From: an uncultured delta proteobacterium
GTDB lineage: Bacteria; Desulfobacterota; WTBG01
Length of the DNA: 64,000 nucleotides
Direction: 5' to 3'
Assembly (NCBI GenBank): GCA_963793865.1
Contig: CAWCBP010000004.1
Span: 292,526-356,525, forward strand
Shown piece by piece: positions 59,833-64,000 of this stretch (position 1 is its first letter; every line of letters begins with the position of its first letter). The notes beneath the pieces are model-generated. The model had not been told where the DNA came from. It saw only the letters and a list, made by a program, of their open reading frames with translations, and made no database searches. A program made the translations under genes and the position numbers.

Positions 59833-60510
59833 TCAGGACTTCGGCGTGTATCTGTCCCTGTACTCTTCCAAAACAATGCTTCGCTGAACCTGGTCCTGCC
59901 ACTCCCTGGGCGCGTATATTTTATGAATGCTGTCCAGCCTGCCCTGCGCCTTCAGCCGTTCGTAGATATTCACCCAGGCGCAGGGGATGTCCGTGCTTAC
60001 CTCGCAATGGCCGTCTTTGGGCCCGCCGCAGGGCCCGTTAAAGAGGGATTTGGCGCACATGGTCACCGGACAAATTCCGGCGGTCATGTCCAGCACGCAG
60101 TCGCCGCAGCACTTGCAGCGCTCTTCATACCATCCGATATCCCGGTTGACGCCCACAAAGGTGGTGTTGACCGCCGGAAAAACCGGCTTGTCGGGAAACC
60201 GCTCCGCCAGAAATTGAATTCCCGCGCCGCAGGCCATGGAGAGAAGCGCCCCGTACGGTTTGACCATCCGGTCAAGCTCCGCCAAAAAGGGCACTTCGCA
60301 CTGGCGCTCCACTGTATACCCGTCGATACTGAAGGGGATCCCCTCCCCTTTGAATGAAAGCGACAGACGGAGGTTCAAATTGTCAACTTCCTTCTGGCCG
60401 CCCGCCAGGCAGACAGCGACGCATCCCCCGCATCCCACATTCAGAACCCGGCCGCAGCCCTTGAGCATCGCCTTTATCTCTTCCAGTGGCTTAATTTCCG
60501 CTATTACCAT
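59833..60510 (-). CDS. metV: Methylene-THF reductase Fe-S/Zn subunit (MTHFR_C)
   Basis: GCGGCVAVC, ERQCE, CKCCGDC, CPVTMCAKSLFNGPCGG, CAW. Confidence 0.9.
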   Translation of the reverse strand: MVIAEIKPLEEIKAMLKGCGRVLNVGCGGCVAVCLAGGQKEVDNLNLRLSLSFKGEGIPFSIDGYTVERQCEVPFLAELDRMVKPYGALLSMACGAGIQFLAERFPDKPVFPAVNTTFVGVNRDIGWYEERCKCCGDCVLDMTAGICPVTMCAKSLFNGPCGGPKDGHCEVSTDIPCAWVNIYERLKAQGRLDSIHKIYAPREWQDQVQRSIVLEEYRDRYTPKS

Positions 60511-60557
60511 GTCTTAGACTCCCTGATTTACTGTTTTCTCAGACATGCTTGTATCCG

Positions 60558-60580
60558 GTAGGAGCGGCTTTAAGCCGCGA
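60558..60580 (+). repeat. REP family A copy supplying the stop codon of the Fe-S ORF
   Basis: gtaggagcggctttaagccgcga. Confidence 0.8.
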
Positions 60581-61124
60581 ATTTTCGATGGGATATGCTT
60601 AACAGCTCGACTGCGTTCCATCGCAATGACATACCGATTGTCTGCCGATTTACATCAATGACAGATACATTGACAGCATTGAGATCCCGTTTCATTAACT
60701 TGCGGCGAGGCGTATCCCGGTACTCGCCCGCCGGCCCGCCCACCGAATGCGGATACATGCCGTAAATGCCCTGCGAGCGCAAAATGGACCGCGCAAAGGC
60801 GATCATGTTGGGAATATCAATGCCGAAGGGACAATAGCATCGCCCGCAGAGCGCGCAGTTTTTGAAGACCAGCTCCTTCATCTCTTCAAGCTGGGCGCGG
60901 TTTACCCTGCCGCGCTTTTTGTACAGCCGCCCCAGGGAACGCACCACTTTATACGAGGGCATGTAGCGGGGATCCTTGTCATGGCCCATGAACAGAAAGC
61001 AGCTCTCCGCGCACAGGCTGCAGCTTGCGCACGCGGTGAGACAGAGCTGCATCCTGCTCTTTTTCTGCCCGAGCAGCTCCCTGATTTTCGCCGTGTCGAC
61101 CGCCGGTTTCTTATGTTCAGGCAT
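60570..61124 (-). CDS. 2x[4Fe-4S] protein resembling the N-terminal domain of TmcB/HmcF/DsrK, without CCG domain
   Basis: CASCSLCAESC and CALCGRCYCPFGIDI; YMPSYK motif; no CCG motif. Confidence 0.78.
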   Translation of the reverse strand: MPEHKKPAVDTAKIRELLGQKKSRMQLCLTACASCSLCAESCFLFMGHDKDPRYMPSYKVVRSLGRLYKKRGRVNRAQLEEMKELVFKNCALCGRCYCPFGIDIPNMIAFARSILRSQGIYGMYPHSVGGPAGEYRDTPRRKLMKRDLNAVNVSVIDVNRQTIGMSLRWNAVELLSISHRKFAA

Positions 61125-61142
61125 CGGGTCTCCTTTTCCTTC

Positions 61143-61829
61143 CTACCGCGACCAAGTCCTGTTGCCCCGCCCGAAAGCGTATTCTCCGCCCATGAGCATT
61201 CTCACAAAAAAGAAAAACACCATGTGCCCGATTTTGCTGAAAGGAATGGCGATAAGCATTGCCTCGCCCGCAAGCATGTGCAGGGTAATGACTGTCTTGT
61301 AATCAAACCACTGATGATAGGCGAAAAGGCCGGTCAGAAACGGAGCGGCGGTCAGGAAGAGCACGGCATAATCATAGGCGGTGGAGATGGCCTGCACGCG
61401 GGGAATCACCATGCGGCGCATGAGAAAGAAGAGGGCGCATGCCAAAAGGATCATGGTAAAAAGATCGATCAGTCCATCAGGCAGGCTGGGAAGCGAAATC
61501 TTCCAGGACTCGTAGAACAACAGACTGTGGCCGAGGGCAAGCAGCGGGGCAAGAAAAAGGCAGCTGTGGAATATCACGCTCACGATGGCCATGACCGGGT
61601 TTTTCCCGATGAGCGTGTTCTGGAAGGCAACAATCATGTTTATCTTTTTCTCTTCGTCTGTCGCAGCGGCGGGAGGGGCTGCCCCGGCAGGGCGGGCGGG
61701 ACAGAGGATGCGCTCCTTCCGCCCGGTTAATAAAAACAGCTGCAGGGCCCGCACGGCAATGCCGCACACAAAAATAAGCGCCGAGATCCACACCAGCGGT
61801 CCCCGGGCCAATTCATACAGCATCTGCAT
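61143..61829 (-). CDS. TmcC/HmcE-like NarI-family membrane cytochrome b
   Basis: GPLVW, FH...GH and LH...PFSKIGH heme-b histidine pairs. Confidence 0.82.
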   Translation of the reverse strand: MQMLYELARGPLVWISALIFVCGIAVRALQLFLLTGRKERILCPARPAGAAPPAAATDEEKKINMIVAFQNTLIGKNPVMAIVSVIFHSCLFLAPLLALGHSLLFYESWKISLPSLPDGLIDLFTMILLACALFFLMRRMVIPRVQAISTAYDYAVLFLTAAPFLTGLFAYHQWFDYKTVITLHMLAGEAMLIAIPFSKIGHMVFFFFVRMLMGGEYAFGRGNRTWSR

Positions 61830-61869
61830 ACAGCTACTCCTTTAACGCCGGGCAGATAAGAACATCCTG

Positions 61870-61906
61870 TACGTAACGCAGCAGATGGGTGTTTTTCACC
61901 AGCCTG
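61870..61906 (-). mobile_element. Partial copy of the CAGGCTG MITE
   Basis: Reverse complement caggctggtgaaaaacacccatctgctgcgttac matches 27431-27464. Confidence 0.7.
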
Positions 61907-62794
61907 CTATGTGTCCAGCCAGGAGTTAGAGAACAATACCTGCCCCTGAAGCACTTTCACTGATTTGGCATACTGCTTTTCTTTTTCTGAAAGGCCCGCC
62001 ATGTCAACCGGCCGTCCGTCCATCAGCTTCGCAACCAGCTCGAACAGTTCCGGCATCCCGCCTTTGCAGAGGGCCATCATTTCCTTATCGTACGCGTCAA
62101 CAATAGCCGAGTAGAGCCCCTGCTTGTGGAGCATCAGGAGATAGGGACGGTTCAAAAAGGGGCGCAATGCGTCAGGGGCGCCATTGGAGACGTTTGACAA
62201 TCCCACGGTCGATTTGCAGCCGGGGCCCAGATCCTGCAGCATGCCCATAAACTCCAGACAGGCCTTCACCTGGTTTATCTCCCCGCTGATGGGGGTTGCA
62301 ATAGGATCGATGAAAATGTCCTCATTGGGAATGCCCTTTTCGTTTGCCTTGATTATAAGGTCCACGGCCAGGGAAGCCCGTTCGTTCACGTCCCGGGGCA
62401 TTCCGTCGGTCCCCCAGAGCAGGCCCACCATGAGCGCGCCGTATTTTTTTACCAGGTCGAGTCCCGGATCAATGCGGTCAAGCTGACAGGAAACGGAATT
62501 GACCAGGGGGCGCCCGCCTTTTTTGTGCGCCTTCAAGCCCGCCTCCATGGCCTCCAGGTTGGTGGTATCAAGCGAGAGGGGCAGATCTACCACCTCGTGG
62601 ATGGTCCTGACCAGCCACTCCATCATCTCGGCGCCGCCCTTGCGCGCGGGCCCTATGTTGACGTCGAGAAACTGCGCACCGGCCTCTGCCTCGGCGATGG
62701 CCATTTCCTGGATGGGCTTGGAGTTTTTCTCCCGCATGGCCGGCCCTATGGTCTTGGACATGATGTTAATGCTCTCGGCGATGGCTACTATCAT
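61907..62794 (-). CDS. acsE: Methyl-THF:corrinoid Fe-S protein methyltransferase (pterin-binding)
   Basis: AESINIM, LDVNIGP, LSLDTTN, NSVS, IDP, GLSNVSNG; follows acsC. Confidence 0.85.
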   Translation of the reverse strand: MIVAIAESINIMSKTIGPAMREKNSKPIQEMAIAEAEAGAQFLDVNIGPARKGGAEMMEWLVRTIHEVVDLPLSLDTTNLEAMEAGLKAHKKGGRPLVNSVSCQLDRIDPGLDLVKKYGALMVGLLWGTDGMPRDVNERASLAVDLIIKANEKGIPNEDIFIDPIATPISGEINQVKACLEFMGMLQDLGPGCKSTVGLSNVSNGAPDALRPFLNRPYLLMLHKQGLYSAIVDAYDKEMMALCKGGMPELFELVAKLMDGRPVDMAGLSEKEKQYAKSVKVLQGQVLFSNSWLDT

Positions 62795-62857
62795 GGCTTT
62801 GATCCCCCCGTGTGTGTCACAATCGTTAATAATAAACCAAACATGGTTGAACTTTCG

Positions 62858-62907
62858 GCAGGAGCGCATTCATGCGCGATTCATCAGCGGCTTAAAGCCG
62901 CTCCTGC
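62858..62907. repeat. Inverted REP doublet, family A
   Basis: gcaggagcgcattcatgcgcga...gcggcttaaagccgctcctgc. Confidence 0.8.
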
Positions 62908-62947
62908 CGGTTGTCACTCAGTCAGACTCCCGCCGGCATGAGAAAGC

Positions 62948-64000
62948 TTATGCCTTCCCGGAGGCGAGATTTTTCAGGAAGGGCGTAATGTGGGCAGCTT
63001 CCCGCGGCCCGATTTGAACCTCCCAGTCCTTAAGCTCTTCATCCAGTTCTCCGCTGATGGTTGCGGCCGCCCCCGGTATGATGAGCTTTCTGTGCTTGAT
63101 CTTCCCCTCGATCCCGCACTTTTTTACAAACGGGGCGATGGCATCGGCCACAAACTTTCCCGCCGCCCAGGCGGTGAGCACCGAAAGTCCCTCGGTATCC
63201 TTGATGAGCAGCCAGGCGGGAATCCGGCTGGACTCCACCTCGCCCGACACAATAAAATAGGTGAGGGAGAAGTTGCTGGTTATCAGCACCGGCGAGTTTT
63301 CGTCGGGGTTGTTGATCTCGTAAATCCCCTCGGTAGTGGCCATGGGCCGCTGGGGATCGGTGTAGATGTTCATCCGCTGCAGCGCCAGCGGGAAAAGATT
63401 GTGCCCTTCAACCGTTGAAAGAATGATGATGCCGCCGTACTTGGGTATGAAGGTTGAGGCGATAATGGCCTCCTGGACGGGGTCGTCCGTCATCTCGCAG
63501 GGGAAGACAATGGTGGGGAAACCCAAGGGGCGGAACCGGTCAACAAGGGCCGCCCTGCGAATGGCGATGTGGTCCTGAAATGCCCGGCTCAGCTTTCTGG
63601 CGCCGGTGTCCACAACGATGTCCTTGATCTTCATCTCGGTGAGCTTGGCGGTCATGGCGGCAACCTCCTCCAGGCCGTTCCCCTTTACCGCCAGCGGGCA
63701 GTTGTGCTCAAGGGCCAGTTTGCCCAGTTCCTCGAGATTTCCGTTTGTTGCCGCATAGAGAAGCGGTTTGCAATCAGCGGCCGCCGTTACCCCCGCCTTC
63801 AGGACCCCGGTTGTATCGCTCATCAAAACCAGGTTTTTAATCCCCGCCTTCATCACCTTTTCAACCGTCCCGGCAAACTTCCCGGCATCCCCGGTGGTAT
63901 CCTTTACGGCCACGATGTCCGCTTTCAAAAGAAGGCCGACCCGCTCGTACTCAAGCTCCCTGAACGTTTTCAGCCGGCTTTCCAGCTCGGCATCTCCCAT
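62948..64000 (-). CDS. acsC: Corrinoid Fe-S protein large subunit (ACDS gamma), 5' truncated by window
   Basis: IYTDPQRP, TSNFSLTYF, GLSVLTAWAAGKF, HRKLIIPG, GPREA. Confidence 0.95.
   Translation of the reverse strand: MGDAELESRLKTFRELEYERVGLLLKADIVAVKDTTGDAGKFAGTVEKVMKAGIKNLVLMSDTTGVLKAGVTAAADCKPLLYAATNGNLEELGKLALEHNCPLAVKGNGLEEVAAMTAKLTEMKIKDIVVDTGARKLSRAFQDHIAIRRAALVDRFRPLGFPTIVFPCEMTDDPVQEAIIASTFIPKYGGIIILSTVEGHNLFPLALQRMNIYTDPQRPMATTEGIYEINNPDENSPVLITSNFSLTYFIVSGEVESSRIPAWLLIKDTEGLSVLTAWAAGKFVADAIAPFVKKCGIEGKIKHRKLIIPGAAATISGELDEELKDWEVQIGPREAAHITPFLKNLASGKA

Overview
Chromosomal window from an anaerobic bacterium, most likely Desulfobacterota/deltaproteobacterial (inferred from the DVU0524-like gene, Hmc/Tmc-type genes, Wood-Ljungdahl genes and the carD-PIN/TRAM-ispDF-cysS block). 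Single-base frameshifts occur in housekeeping genes (uvrB, cysS, nuoC) and densely in hmcABC, so they are probably long-read errors rather than real pseudogenes. Main content: (1) a complete nuoA-N complex I operon whose NADH module is HydBC/Bfu (electron-bifurcating) type, with a six-gene DRTGG / Ser-kinase / [FeFe]-hydrogenase-like sensor / DRTGG / PHP / HATPase cassette between nuoD and nuoE, divergent from nfnAB; (2) an acsC-acsE-(TmcC/HmcE-like)-(CCG-less TmcB/HmcF-like)-metV-metF-hmcA-hmcB-hmcC-pyrE run, suggesting a methylene-THF reductase wired to a 16-heme cytochrome membrane conduit; (3) housekeeping genes, tRNA-Leu(CAA), tRNA-Pro(TGG), signalling kinases and lipoproteins; (4) many small repeats: GTAG-type REPs, an IS5-like MITE family abutting stop codons, heptamer-armed hairpins around a four-helix-bundle gene, and an orphan structured RNA resembling an IS110 non-coding end. 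All family assignments come from motif recognition by eye; no searches were run.
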